Shown: positions 1 to 11,204 of the stretch, one piece after another
Layout of the letters: each line of letters opens with the position of its first letter
Numbering within the stretch: the stretch's first letter is position 1
Assembly (NCBI RefSeq): GCF_964204645.1
Contig: NW_027437439.1
Location: forward strand, 62,001-126,000
From: Tubulanus polymorphus
Taxonomy: Eukaryota; Animalia; Nemertea
DNA: 64,000 nt
Reading direction: 5' to 3'
Program-made: the position numbers and the translations under genes
Notes under the pieces: model-generated
Database searches by the model: none
Seen by the model: the letters and a program-made list of their open reading frames with translations, nothing else
What the model was told of the DNA's origin: nothing

Positions 1-2501
1 TCCTGTAAGATTTATTCTTAACAGCGAATAGAAAATCTATTCTCCGAAATCTAGCACAATCTACTGGTATGTTGTGAAACTTACTGCGTGAAATAAAAAT
101 TCAACTTAGTCAAATGAAAATATACAACATGCGAGAATTCATCGTATTTAAAAACATTTGAAAGCATGTGACGCGACAAATAAGGAAAATACAGTTAATT
201 TCCCTGTTTTCGGCTTAAATTTGAAGTAGATGAAAACCTGTTTTCTTTGAATTGAAGCCACGGGAACCACTTAACCTCATTTTCAAGCCTGCTTAGAATT
301 GGCGATGTTGGGTTATTATGTCATTGATTTGCACAAAACGCACACCAGTATAATCAAATTCCCATCCTCGATGGCAAGCGTTTCCAAAAACCCAGCAACA
401 GTGAGTTCCGGGAACTCATTTTGACATGGAATGTTGGAATCCCAGCCTTCGATAATTGCCCGTCTTTCTAATGGCCCAATAGGGTCAAATACCGTGATTT
501 ACGGACCTAAGAGTTAACGCGGCATTAAACATTTTAAACCTGCCAGGGAATCGAATTTAAATCAAGTAGAAAATAAAGAAAAACTCAAAAAAACTATTCT
601 ATCTTATATATTACTATTATTAGGTCCACTGCATATAAACCTAAATTGAAACCTCATTAATCAGTGGGTTGTACACTATACATCTTTTTAAACATATTAT
701 AACAATCGAAATTTTAGGTTCCAAAACCTGGAACAAAGTTCCGTAATTATGAAAGTCACAATTATTGTAGATAAGTTACTTTATCAAATTCTGATGCTTG
801 ATAGACTAGCGTATAAAACATATTTGCAGAGTGTAAGCGCATTTATTTTCCAACCTCCCAATAAAAACCACGAGAAATAGTATTATACACTACAATGACG
901 TCACTACATGCGCAATGAATCAATAGGCAATAGGCCTACAGACTGTTGTTTATTTTGTTAGTAGCTGGGTGTGTGCAAAACAAAGCATTCAAGGTCCAAG
1001 TTCAAATTCTGTCAAAGAAATGATTTTATTTCTTTAGTTTTGTTTGCTTCTTTATTAACGAAATTAATTGAATATCCGTTTGGTTGAATGACAGGACTTC
1101 ATTTCATCTGATCTCCATTCTTGTGTAGGCCTATAGGCAATAACGGGCGTCAGGAAATAAACAGTCAATCTTTACTACAATGCTGCATCAGTGCTTTGAC
1201 TTTTATTATAAATCTCCAGCAATAATTTATCATGTGTATATGGAGATGATGATGCCCGCACAAATACCCGTGCCTAAATCCGTATTATCGGGGTACTAAA
1301 ATGGTCTGATCGCTTTTGTTTCATATGGCGAATTAATCGAATTCAATCGAAAACATACCCCAAGCAATATTGTTTCTGAAGTATACTTCAGAAACAATAT
1401 TCTCTATTATTCTCAATTATCATTTGGTCACTGTCACCTAGAGTTGATAAACAAGGTTATGAAATTGTAATTCTGATCGTAGTATTTAATTCGAAGTAAG
1501 GATTGCATACTGCAGAGATTGTCAAATAGTGGAAACATGCAATATTTTAGAAACCCGTGGATAATTCTTTTCACAAAGGTGTTGTGGAATATATGTATGT
1601 AGAATCATTGAATTAATGTTAAATATAAATTATCCATTTTCACGTGACCTTAATTAGCCAATGGTCTTTGCTCTATGGGCTGAGGTTCGAATCTAATCAA
1701 CAACTCGTACTCCTCGAATCAAAATATTAAGTTATCAATCCTTAAAATGATTCGTGTGCTTCGCTGGCGTTCACAGTACACTTTGAAGGGATTACCGTCA
1801 ATCATCTAGTGCTCAGTAGAAATAGTAACATCGATATATGTTTTTCTTAATCAAGATGAGAATCATCGATTAACATGTTATGAAATTAAATTTGGAAGCG
1901 CTAGATTTTTATGTGGCGGATTATTACCCGTTACCCAGGTAGATTCACGCTTATCAATCAACAACCGTGTTAACGCGTCATCTTCCTTTATAAATACATA
2001 TTCAAATAATATCAGATTGCATAGACCTGCAATTGGCTCGATAACTAAATTATGTGTTGATGTATATCGTATTTTGTATTATTAATCTATAAATACAATG
2101 TTTGAATTTGAAGGTCAGTATTTGCCTAAAGGTGTTCATTGCACATTCAAGACATCCTCGTTTTTGATAGTGTGGTTTTCCTATTTTCTCGCAAGACATG
2201 AAACGAAATGTAGAGATGTATTCGGATTTTCGTAGGTCCATTTTAATTGCATAGCAGAGTACCGAATATTAGATCCCGTTGACTATTGACCTCCTCAGTT
2301 GTTTTTGTTATAGCGAACCCATGGTGCAACTATGGCGATATCCTCTTGTTTTTGTATAAGGTAAAAGGCTTCAATAGAAATGGCCCAATTCATTTTGGGA
2401 TGGATAAGAACTAAGTATTCTTGAGAGCTCTTGAGAGCGGCTGAACGATCGTCATCAATAGGTGAACATTAGCAACCCTATAGGTTATACAGTGAGACCA
2501 T

Positions 2502-2907
2502 AGTAATAGGGGTAATGGGCTTTCATACCAAAGGTCGAACGGTCGAGCCCATTAAAAAACAAAATATTAAAAGTAATTAAAAAACTATAATATATTTTCA
2601 TAACCGCGTGCATTTTATATCAAAACTAAATATTTATTCTAAGATATCAATAATATAAAAAGCATATTGTATTAAATCAATTGGTCGCTCCACTTCGCTA
2701 CCGCTCCGCTCCGCGACCAATTGATTTATTTACAATACACAAATTCAAATAATCAAATATATTCAAATGATAATAATTATTCTATTATTCAACTGAAATA
2801 CACGCGGTTATGAAAATATATTATAGTTTTTTAATTACTTTTAATATATGATATTAATGAACTCGATCATTAAACCTTTGATATGAAAGCCCATTACCCC
2901 TATTACT
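2502..2907. repeat. Left terminal imperfect palindrome (about 406-bp fold-back hairpin)
   Basis: agtaataggggtaatgggctttcata..aaagg pairs with ccttt..tatgaaagcccattacccctattact. The middle arm taaaagtaattaaaaaactataatatattttcataaccgcgtg has its reverse complement at about 2800-2845. Apex stem aaatcaattggtcgc / gcgaccaattgattt. Confidence 0.93.
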
Positions 2908-3105
2908 CTTAAAATATTCATATATATATATGAATAACATTTAAATCATTGAACTTCTAAAATCAATTTTAATAAAAAATATAGTATTAAAATGGAAGCA
3001 AATAAGTACTACTGCCCAACATGTAATATCGATATAGATAAATCCCAAAAAGCAAGACACAATAAAACTATAACACATTTAGAGAATAAATTGAAACTAG
3101 AATAT
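2875..3105. repeat. Inner terminal inverted repeat (pairs with 25964-26190), extending into the first ~38 codons of pPolB
   Basis: Reverse-complement match to 25964-26190 with a few SNPs. Both ends encode M(E/V)ANKYYCPTCNIDIDKSQKARHNKT.THLENKLKLEY. Confidence 0.92.
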
Positions 3106-3243
3106 TTACAGTTATATTCAGAACAGTTAACAAAGGGAAAGAAATTTATTGAATTATGGAATAATGATCCAAATAATGAACAATACGTTGAGGAATTTAT
3201 TATCAAGGAATCGAAAGAACTTATCAAAAGCAACGAAGAATGA
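2992..3243 (+). pseudogene. Chimeric short ORF: pPolB N-terminal zinc finger (TIR copy) fused to the tail of an HNH paralog
   Basis: The first 38 aa are nearly identical to the pPolB N-terminus. The following LQLYSEQLTKGKKFIELWN matches the HNH ORF C-terminus LQLYLDQLDKAKTFVELWN. Confidence 0.7.
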
Positions 3244-3320
3244 AAAAGGATGATGTTGGACGAAGAAATGGAAGAGGATTCTAAAATGTTAATCAATTTT
3301 AATAAAGATATGTATAATAA

Positions 3321-4004
3321 ATGGAGCCGGAACAATCACAAGCTATAAATATAAACAATAAGAAATGTTCTAAATGTAAAATAAAAAAACAACTCTCGGA
3401 ATATTATAATTATAAAACTCAGAAAGATGGTAAGCAAAGTTATTGTAAAACTTGTAGTAAACTAAGTGACAAACAAAATTATAGAAATAATACTGAAACA
3501 CGCAAAGATAAAAATAAGCAATGGAAAGAAAATCATTTAGAACATATTAAAGTGTATAATAGAAATTATCATAAAGAAAGATATCGAACAGATTTTAATT
3601 TTAAAATGAAACAATGTTTGAGATCTAAAGTATCAAAATTATTCAACAAAGAAACACATTCAGAAACACTATCTAATCTATTGGGTTGTTCAGATGAATT
3701 TCTCAAATCATGGATAATATATCAATTCGACGATAAAATGAATATAGATAATTATGGTGAATACTTTCATATTGATCACGTGTTGCCGATTTCTAAATTT
3801 GATATGAGTGATGATTATAATAAGAAGCTAATCTGGAACTGGAGAAATTTAAGGCCTTTAGAAAAGAAGGAAAACATTATTAAATCCAATAAACTAGATT
3901 TACAGTTATATTTAGATCAACTGGATAAAGCAAAGACATTTGTTGAATTATGGAATAGTATTTCACAGAATCAACCGCATTCTGAGGTTTTGATCAGTGG
4001 TTAG
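3321..4004 (+). CDS. HNH endonuclease with N-terminal CxxC...CxxC zinc finger (large-DNA-virus type)
   Basis: KKCSKC...SYCKTC zinc finger; YGEYFHIDHVLPISKFD...NWRNLRPLEKKENIIKSNK HNH core; intact ORF with TAAATG start. Confidence 0.88.
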   Translation: MEPEQSQAININNKKCSKCKIKKQLSEYYNYKTQKDGKQSYCKTCSKLSDKQNYRNNTETRKDKNKQWKENHLEHIKVYNRNYHKERYRTDFNFKMKQCLRSKVSKLFNKETHSETLSNLLGCSDEFLKSWIIYQFDDKMNIDNYGEYFHIDHVLPISKFDMSDDYNKKLIWNWRNLRPLEKKENIIKSNKLDLQLYLDQLDKAKTFVELWNSISQNQPHSEVLISG

Positions 4005-4348
4005 AAAGCTGGCAATTCTATTTGAGCTTTGTATGTATATAATACATAGCTTTTGTTTACTACTAAAACATATGTTGCCAAATATATCTTGTTTTCAATT
4101 CTAAAGAATTAATTAACTTCATCATAAAGAACATCTGTGCAGAATTAGTTTGGTCGAACGTGCGCCACGTCGGCAGTTAGAAATCAACTTTCACATACAT
4201 AGTACGTATTGGATATTCTCTCTCAAAACACAGTTTACAGTTCTAAATCTAAATGTAAGTACCGTTTTTTGTAGTTATTATGAAGTAGGGAAACCTTTAA
4301 ACATATTTAAGTATAGTAATTCATTTTCACGATATCTTTTAGATTAAA

Positions 4349-4798
4349 ATGGAACACAAAGATCAACCAGAAATTCTAAGCCAACCAACGGATGAGGAAC
4401 GATTGCTACTGGATAGTGAAACTCAGGAATCAATAGAAATGGAGGATGAAACTCTCGTAATTGACGAACAAACTTCACAAAAATTACAAGAACATTTGGA
4501 CTATCATCAAGAAATGGTGAAAATTCTGAGTGATGTAATACATAATAAACAATTACCAAAATTACCAGCAACGCGACTTAAATTGCTGTTGGGACTCAAA
4601 GAATCGAAAACTAAGAAAATGAGTGGAGATATCAGTGCCGGTTTTCTTTCAAAACTGAGAAGAGTAGGTAGATTAATAAAATATGAAAAATTCAAAATAT
4701 TAGGATTAGCATTTAGTGAAGTAGTCAGATATTTACCAGAAATTGAAGAAATGATTGGAAACAATCCAGTAATTAAAGAATTCTGGACAAAATTATAA
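4349..4798 (+). CDS. Polinton hypothetical protein, 149 aa (acidic N-terminus, basic helical C-terminus)
   Basis: ATG-initiated intact ORF in the left gene block; TAAAATG start context. Confidence 0.65.
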   Translation: MEHKDQPEILSQPTDEERLLLDSETQESIEMEDETLVIDEQTSQKLQEHLDYHQEMVKILSDVIHNKQLPKLPATRLKLLLGLKESKTKKMSGDISAGFLSKLRRVGRLIKYEKFKILGLAFSEVVRYLPEIEEMIGNNPVIKEFWTKL

Positions 4799-4876
4799 AT
4801 AATAATACTGAAGGTCTTTGTAATATAGATATCAAAAAATGTAATCTCGATTGTATATATCTGTTTTAATATTGTA

Positions 4877-5230
4877 TTGTTTACTGTTAACTGTGTATTG
4901 CGTAATAACCGGTCCGATTGAACCGCTTTTCTATTGTTCTCCATTGTTCTACTATTGATCGTTGTTAATGGCGGCGGTTGTTCTGTATTGATTGTTTACT
5001 GTTAATTAAGTGTTGCGCAATAACCGGTCCGATTGGACCGCATTTCTATTGTTCTCCATTGTTCTACTATTGATCGTTGTTGACTGAAACAGCTGCTCAA
5101 TATTGATTGGTTACAGTTCTATGTTTGAATGTTGTAGTTTACAGAATAAAAATATAACTGTGTATTGCACAATAACCGGTCCGATTGGACCGCATTTCTA
5201 TTGTTCTCCATTGTTCTATTATCGATCGCT
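4877..5230. repeat. Three ~65-85 bp direct repeats with a CGGTCC-GATT-GGACCG hairpin, in the largest intergenic gap of the element
   Basis: aataaccggtccgattg(g/a)accgc(a/t)tttctattgttctccattgttcta recurs at about 4904, 5019 and 5171. Confidence 0.9.
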
Positions 5231-5615
5231 AAAATTTGTATAATAAATATATGTGTTTATGAAATAGTAATTCCACCAGTCGTTTCTTTGAATTTATTTT
5301 CAGTTTTAGGATTTATTATCGAGAATCCGAATTGACTTATCTGGACAGTTATAATTACTGCTCCTATAGATAGACAATAGTAGTGAGATAATCTAAATCC
5401 TAATTTAAATAAAATATAACAAAAATTACATACCTTCAACTATCTATTATTTCTATTATATTTTTAATATTTTCTTTTCAAAAGAGAATACTTTATATCA
5501 CAAATAAAAAATACTTAAAAAACAATAACTAATACTAGAATTCTTTAACTTCAACTAGCTAGTATCATTTGAAGAATACTTATAATATTTTTTTTGCTTT
5601 TTTCCTCTAATATAA

Positions 5616-6218
5616 ATGTCAAAGAAATCGAGTAAGAATAATATTGATATTGAAAAGACATTAGATGATTTGGGTATAAGTGATAATAAAGATACAGTTG
5701 TAACTAATTCTATTCAAGTTAATAACAATATAGATTATGAATACTACTTATATTGTAAGCATCATCTAGAACTATTGATTGCCGGTGGAAAAACTAATGA
5801 GTTTTTAACTAAGACTATTACTTTTCAAGAATTAGATGCTATGAAACCCGATAAAGTAATAAAATATTTTAAGATTTATGAAGAAGCTCGATTAGCTAGA
5901 ATAAATGATTCTATTTCAGATGGTATTGTTAAATGTTATTCAAAATTATGTAACCAGTTAATACCAATTGATGATGAAAATAAATTATATAATGATTTGA
6001 AAAATGACTATTTAGTTATGACTGAATTACAAAAATGGGTTGGATATGCTTCATTTCAATTAGGATCGGTTATGACATTAATTTCTACTGGCGTCATAAC
6101 ATTTTCGAACATCAAACCTATGGAATATAAATCAGGTAAGAACGAAACAGATATACTACAACAAAACATCGAAACAGAAAATGAATCAGAACAAAAATTA
6201 ACTAAAATAAATGAGTGA
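5616..6218 (+). CDS. Polinton hypothetical protein, 200 aa, with hydrophobic C-terminal segment
   Basis: Intact ORF, T6-N9-TAAATG start; overlaps the next ORF. Confidence 0.75.
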   Translation: MSKKSSKNNIDIEKTLDDLGISDNKDTVVTNSIQVNNNIDYEYYLYCKHHLELLIAGGKTNEFLTKTITFQELDAMKPDKVIKYFKIYEEARLARINDSISDGIVKCYSKLCNQLIPIDDENKLYNDLKNDYLVMTELQKWVGYASFQLGSVMTLISTGVITFSNIKPMEYKSGKNETDILQQNIETENESEQKLTKINE

Positions 6219-6585
6219 TGGAGTTAAGAAAAAGGCTAGATCCGAGAAACAAATTAAATGGGCAAGAGAATTAGGTAAAAGATCATCAGAATTAAAAAAA
6301 GCTAAGAAAAAGAAATTAACTGATATAAATGAATCACCTGATGATGCCGTACGGCACCCACACGGTGGTATTGATTCAAATAATAATCCATCTAATTCTT
6401 CTAATAGTGGAAGAAATAATTACTTATATATTACAATTGGGTTAATCACAATTATTATATTATCCGGTGTAATATATAAATCAAAATTCAAATCCGATGA
6501 TAAAGATGATTCCAATGATGATAAACCTATTATACCAGAAAATAAATCAAATGAAAATAAATCTAAAATATTATTAATGGATTAA
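6211..6585 (+). CDS. Small single-pass membrane protein, 124 aa
   Basis: Basic N-terminus; TM segment YLYITIGLITIIILSGVIY; TAAATG start. Confidence 0.72.
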   Translation: MSDGVKKKARSEKQIKWARELGKRSSELKKAKKKKLTDINESPDDAVRHPHGGIDSNNNPSNSSNSGRNNYLYITIGLITIIILSGVIYKSKFKSDDKDDSNDDKPIIPENKSNENKSKILLMD

Positions 6586-6588
6586 AAT

Positions 6589-7692
6589 ATGATGAAAAAA
6601 GAACAATATTTAAGAGATTTATATTATAACCCAGAAAGTGAAGTTTCATATTCAAGTGTTTCGGAATTATGGGATAAAATTAAATCTGATAAAGAAAAAA
6701 TAAAATATAGTGAATTAAAATCATGGTTACAAAATCAACCCACATATCAAATTCATAAAAAGATGGATAAAAAATATTTAACAAGAAAAGTAATGGTTTC
6801 ATATATTGACCAACAATGGCAAGCTGATTTAATTGATATGAAAAACTTAGAAGAATATAACAAAGGATATTTTTGGATACTAAATGTTATAGATATATTC
6901 AGTAGATACGCATGGAGTATCCCGATTAAAAATAAAACTGGTATAGAAGTAATAAATGCTTTTAAATCTATATTTAAAGAAGCTATTCCAGATAAGATAC
7001 AATTTGATGAAGGTAAAGAATTTTATAACAAACATTTTAAAAAACTATTATCTGATAACGATGTAGAATATTTTTCAACATATTCAGATAAAAAAGCATC
7101 TGTTATAGAAAGATTTAATAAAACATTGAAAACTAGAATGTGGAAATAATTCACCGCTAATGAAACATATAAATATATCGATGTGTTAGATGATTTAGTT
7201 AAAGGTTATAATAATTCTAAACATAGTTCTATAAATATAACCTATAAAATAATAAAACCTATACAAGCTAGAAAAGAAGAAAATTCAGAAATAGTTTGGA
7301 ATAATTTATATGGAGCATTTGTTACACATGATTTTGGAGAACCTAAATTTAAAATAGGACAACATGTTAGAATTTCTAAATATCGAAAAACATTTTATAA
7401 AGGTTATACCCCTAATTTTACAGAAGAAATATTTAAAATTAAAAAGATAATATTAACTAAACCATTTGTTTATAAATTGTTTGATTTAAAAGATGAAGAA
7501 ATATTAGGTTATTTTTATGAACAAGAATTATCATTAGTACCAAATCCAGATGAAATAGAATACAAAATAGAAAAAGTATTGAAAAAAAAAACTCTTAAAG
7601 GAAAAAAGTATTCTTTGGTGAAATATAAAGGATATGATGATAAATTTAATGAATGGATTTTATCTAGTAAAATTAAAAGAATAAATGAATAA
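6589..7692 (+). pseudogene. Retroviral-like (rve) DDE integrase with C-terminal chromodomain; one in-frame stop at 7147-7149
   Basis: WQADLID, IQFDEGKEF and VIERFNKTLK catalytic motifs. RMWK*FTANETYKYIDVL continues in frame into ORF 7183-7692, which ends in YKIEKVL...SLVKYKGYDDKFNEWI (chromodomain). Confidence 0.93.
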
Positions 7693-8299
7693 ATATTTAT
7701 TTATATTTGAACCACATAATATGTTAATAACTGGAGTTACAAACTGCGGTAAAACACACTTCATATTAGATTTATTAGAAACTATTTATAAGAATCATTT
7801 TGATAATATAATATTATTCTGTCCTACTTATGAAATGAATGAAACGTATAATAGAGATATAGTTTTTAAAGATAAAAAGTTTATTATATTAAATTCTAAA
7901 ACAGTAAAAGAAAATTTAGATAATTGTATAAAAATTACATTAGATATTTATAAAGGATCTAATACATTATTTATTATTGATGATTGCGCAAATTTACATG
8001 ATTCTAAAATTAGAGAAAGTGAGTTATGTTATTTAGCTTTCTCTGGTAGACATTTTGGGATAACAACTTGGGTTTTAAATCAGAAATATAATTCAATTGT
8101 GAAAGATTTTAGAGAGAATATAAGATTTCTAGTTTTATTCTACAACAAAGATAGAAAATCTATGCAACAATCATTGGAAGAAAATCAAATTATACCTACT
8201 GAATTACATGATGAATATATGAATAAATTAAAAAATAATAAAGGTTCAAAATTACTTATGAGATTACAATTTCCATATGAATATAAATTTATAAAATAA
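7685..8299 (+). CDS. A32/FtsK-like genome packaging ATPase
   Basis: Walker A GVTNCGKT, Walker B LFIIDD, SGRHFGIT motif. Confidence 0.92.
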   Translation: MNKYLFIFEPHNMLITGVTNCGKTHFILDLLETIYKNHFDNIILFCPTYEMNETYNRDIVFKDKKFIILNSKTVKENLDNCIKITLDIYKGSNTLFIIDDCANLHDSKIRESELCYLAFSGRHFGITTWVLNQKYNSIVKDFRENIRFLVLFYNKDRKSMQQSLEENQIIPTELHDEYMNKLKNNKGSKLLMRLQFPYEYKFIK

Positions 8300-8316
8300 A
8301 ATCCTAATTCAAAATA

Positions 8317-8860
8317 TTATAGAATTCACTGTATATTGATGGATGAGTGGATGAATTGGATGAATTGGATGAATTGGAAGAGTGGATGAATGGAAGAGTG
8401 TAATAATATATAATTTACATATGTTTTTTATTTTTAAAACAGTAATAGTTTGATTTGAAGATGTCATATAATAATAAATATATTTTTATAAAATAATAAA
8501 ATGACAGATAATAAATGTCATATAATAATAAATATATTTTCATAAAATAATAAATAATAAAATGATAAATAATAAAATGATAAATAATAAATATATTTTC
8601 ATAAAATAATAAATAATAAAATGATAAATAATAAATGTCATATAATAATAAATAATAAATGTCATATAATAATAAATATATATTATGTTAAATTTAATAA
8701 AGAATAAAAATATTATATTTATACTCATACTATTCTTCCAATTTATGTGTTAAAAAGTAAAATATATATATTATTATACTCATTCACTCTTCCACTCATC
8801 CAATTCATCCAACTCTTCCAACTCATCCATTCATCCATCAATATACAGTGAATTCTATAA
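8317..8860. repeat. Central fold-back: long inverted repeat around AT-rich tandem repeats where the two gene blocks converge
   Basis: ttatagaattcactgtatattgatggatga... at 8317 versus ...tcatccatcaatatacagtgaattctataa ending at 8860. Arms are built of (tggatgaat)-like units; the interior is (ataataaat)-rich. Confidence 0.9.
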
Positions 8861-8865
8861 TCTTT

Positions 8866-9900
8866 TTAATTTTCATTTTCATATTTTTCTTTAAGCTTAT
8901 TGTATTCTAAATATATATCCTTTTGCATTATCTTTGATATAGGTCCTAAATGATTCCCAAATTTATATTTATGGAATGTTTTTCTTGAAAATATTTTTGG
9001 AATATAATTTTCGATTTCAGTTTTAGATGGATGTTTATTTAAAAATTCTCTAAAATCATCATATTTAAGTTCAGATAAGTTCATTGCATAACTAACATTT
9101 GGTTTAAAGTTATCTAACTTTTTCAATATGGTAACTATATCATTACTCAAGAAATAATCTATAAATGTTTATCTATACCACCGATAATCTAATATATTAT
9201 TATTATTAAATTTTGGATTTATAACTGTTGGATCTTCTATTACATTATCTGTACCAATATGTTTAATTGAGTATTTATGATTCAATTGTTTATCATATAT
9301 TACATATTCTTTACATTTTTCACACCAAGATTTAAATACTTTTATTGCATGGGCTGAACTTTTTGTTTTTAATTTATAATGTTTTGCCCAATTAGCCTTT
9401 GTTATACGTTCATTACAGAAAGCACAATAATTCTGATCCTCTTTACATTTATCTTTATATATATTGGCATATGTTTTTACTAATTGTAAAATATGTTCAT
9501 CTTTTTTGATGTGTAATAAATAATCATTGTAATTATCAAAATCTTCTTCACAATACATACATCTGATGTTATCTTTTGGTTGAACATTTGATTTTTCTAT
9601 TTTAGGTTCAATATTATGTTCTATTTTTGTTTCAATCTTATCATCATTCGATGTAGAAGGTATAACATTATCTTCTATTTTTGTTTCAATATTATCTTCT
9701 ATTTTTGTTTCAATATTATCTTCTATTTTTATATCAATATTATTATTACGTTCAATTAAATATTCTTTGTATTGATTTAATTCATTTAATAAAAATGTTC
9801 CAATATATTCATTTATTCTTTTATAAGGTATTATATAATACAAATCATCATTGATTTCTTTATCAGCTTTTATTCTTTCATATACTTTACCTCCTTCCAT
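8866..9900 (-). pseudogene. C2H2/matrin-like zinc-finger protein with IETKIEDN repeats; one in-frame stop at 9169-9171
   Basis: CMYC...H..KDEH, CAFC...H, CEKC...H. WYR*TFIDYFLSNDIV joins ORF 9169-9900 in frame to ORF 8866-9150. Confidence 0.75.
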
Positions 9901-9932
9901 TTATTATATACATTTTTATTAAAGTTAAAATT

Positions 9933-11180
9933 TTAATACATAACACTATCTAATTGTGAATTTACAATATTTAATTGCGCGTCAGATATAATATAAATAT
10001 GCATTTTAAAATTTTTAATTCCTTTTTTCTTTGTCATGAATAATTGTATTCCATCTTTTGTATTTTGTAGTTTTTTTCCAGAACCATGTAATAAGTTATC
10101 TTCAGTAGTTCTAAAATCTAACCATAATGCATATTTATTACCGGTATAATAATCAATTTGATTAATGTTACAATTTTCAAATGATTTTATTTTTTCATTC
10201 ATATAATGTTTTTAAATTTCTACCCATTGATCTATCATTCTCATTCCTTGACAAAATATTTTATTCGCTATACCTTCGATAGTTATTTCTACTTTTGTAA
10301 TTTCAGGATTATAATAATTATCAACATTTATTGCGCCATTAGTATACGTTCCAATAGTAAAAAATATTAATATACCTTTAATAGATCTTCTAGGAAAGTT
10401 AATATTCTCATTTATTATTTCATCATTTGCATTAATAGTTACAGTTTTAAATTTATCAATATAATCATATAATAATGAAAACCCTTGATTGTATTTAGTT
10501 TGAATTATACTTGAAATATTTTCATCAGTTACTGTATCATATTCTAAACATATATTTGATAATTTATAACTAATATCTTTATTAACGCTAGATATTACAA
10601 TTTCATTTACAGGAGCAAATGTTATCTCAAATATAATATCTTCTTGAATTGCGTATTTATATAAAGGTGCATTATTATTTATCAATTCAAAATCTAATGG
10701 AATTTTATATTTGTTTCCATATATACTTTTTATCAATTTATCTACATCATTAGTTAATATTGCGCTATTAGCTTCTGATCTTAATTTATTTTGGTTTTCT
10801 GATTGGATGCCTTGAAATATCATATTATTTCTATTTTCTTTAGTTAACCATAAATCTTTATAATGCATAAATAAATTATAATCATCTAATGAGAAAACTG
10901 TTTCTGGACCAATCTTTATTGTTGACTTTTTAATCAAATATCTTTCAACATTATCAACGACATAATTATTATTATTACCGATTACTTTTATATCAGCTGA
11001 TAAATAAATACTGTTTGGAACATAAAAAGTATTTTGTGTTAATCGAGGGATTCTAACGTATAAAGTTTCATCGGAATTAATATTTGAAGGGTTATGAGTA
11101 ATTATATGATGTGATCTTTCTGCTTTAATAGCATTAGATATTCTATGATTCTTAGAAGGATTGATATAACTCCCACTCAT
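9933..11180 (-). pseudogene. Major capsid protein (double jelly-roll, Polinton type); one in-frame stop at 10212-10214
   Basis: About 415 codons, beta-rich: ITHNPSNINSDETLYVRIPRL, YKIPLDFEL, ICLEYDTV, NINFPRRSIKGILIFF, YALWLDFRT. QWVEI*KHYMNEK is in frame. Confidence 0.85.
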
Positions 11181-11204
11181 TTATTTAACAAAAAAATTAA
11201 TTAT

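Noticed and set aside
4877-5230. CRISPR-like repeat-spacer array guiding the HNH nuclease
   Set aside because: Only three long degenerate repeats with unequal, partly self-similar spacers, and the HNH protein lacks any recognisable RNA-guided scaffold. Kept only as a regulatory-repeat finding.
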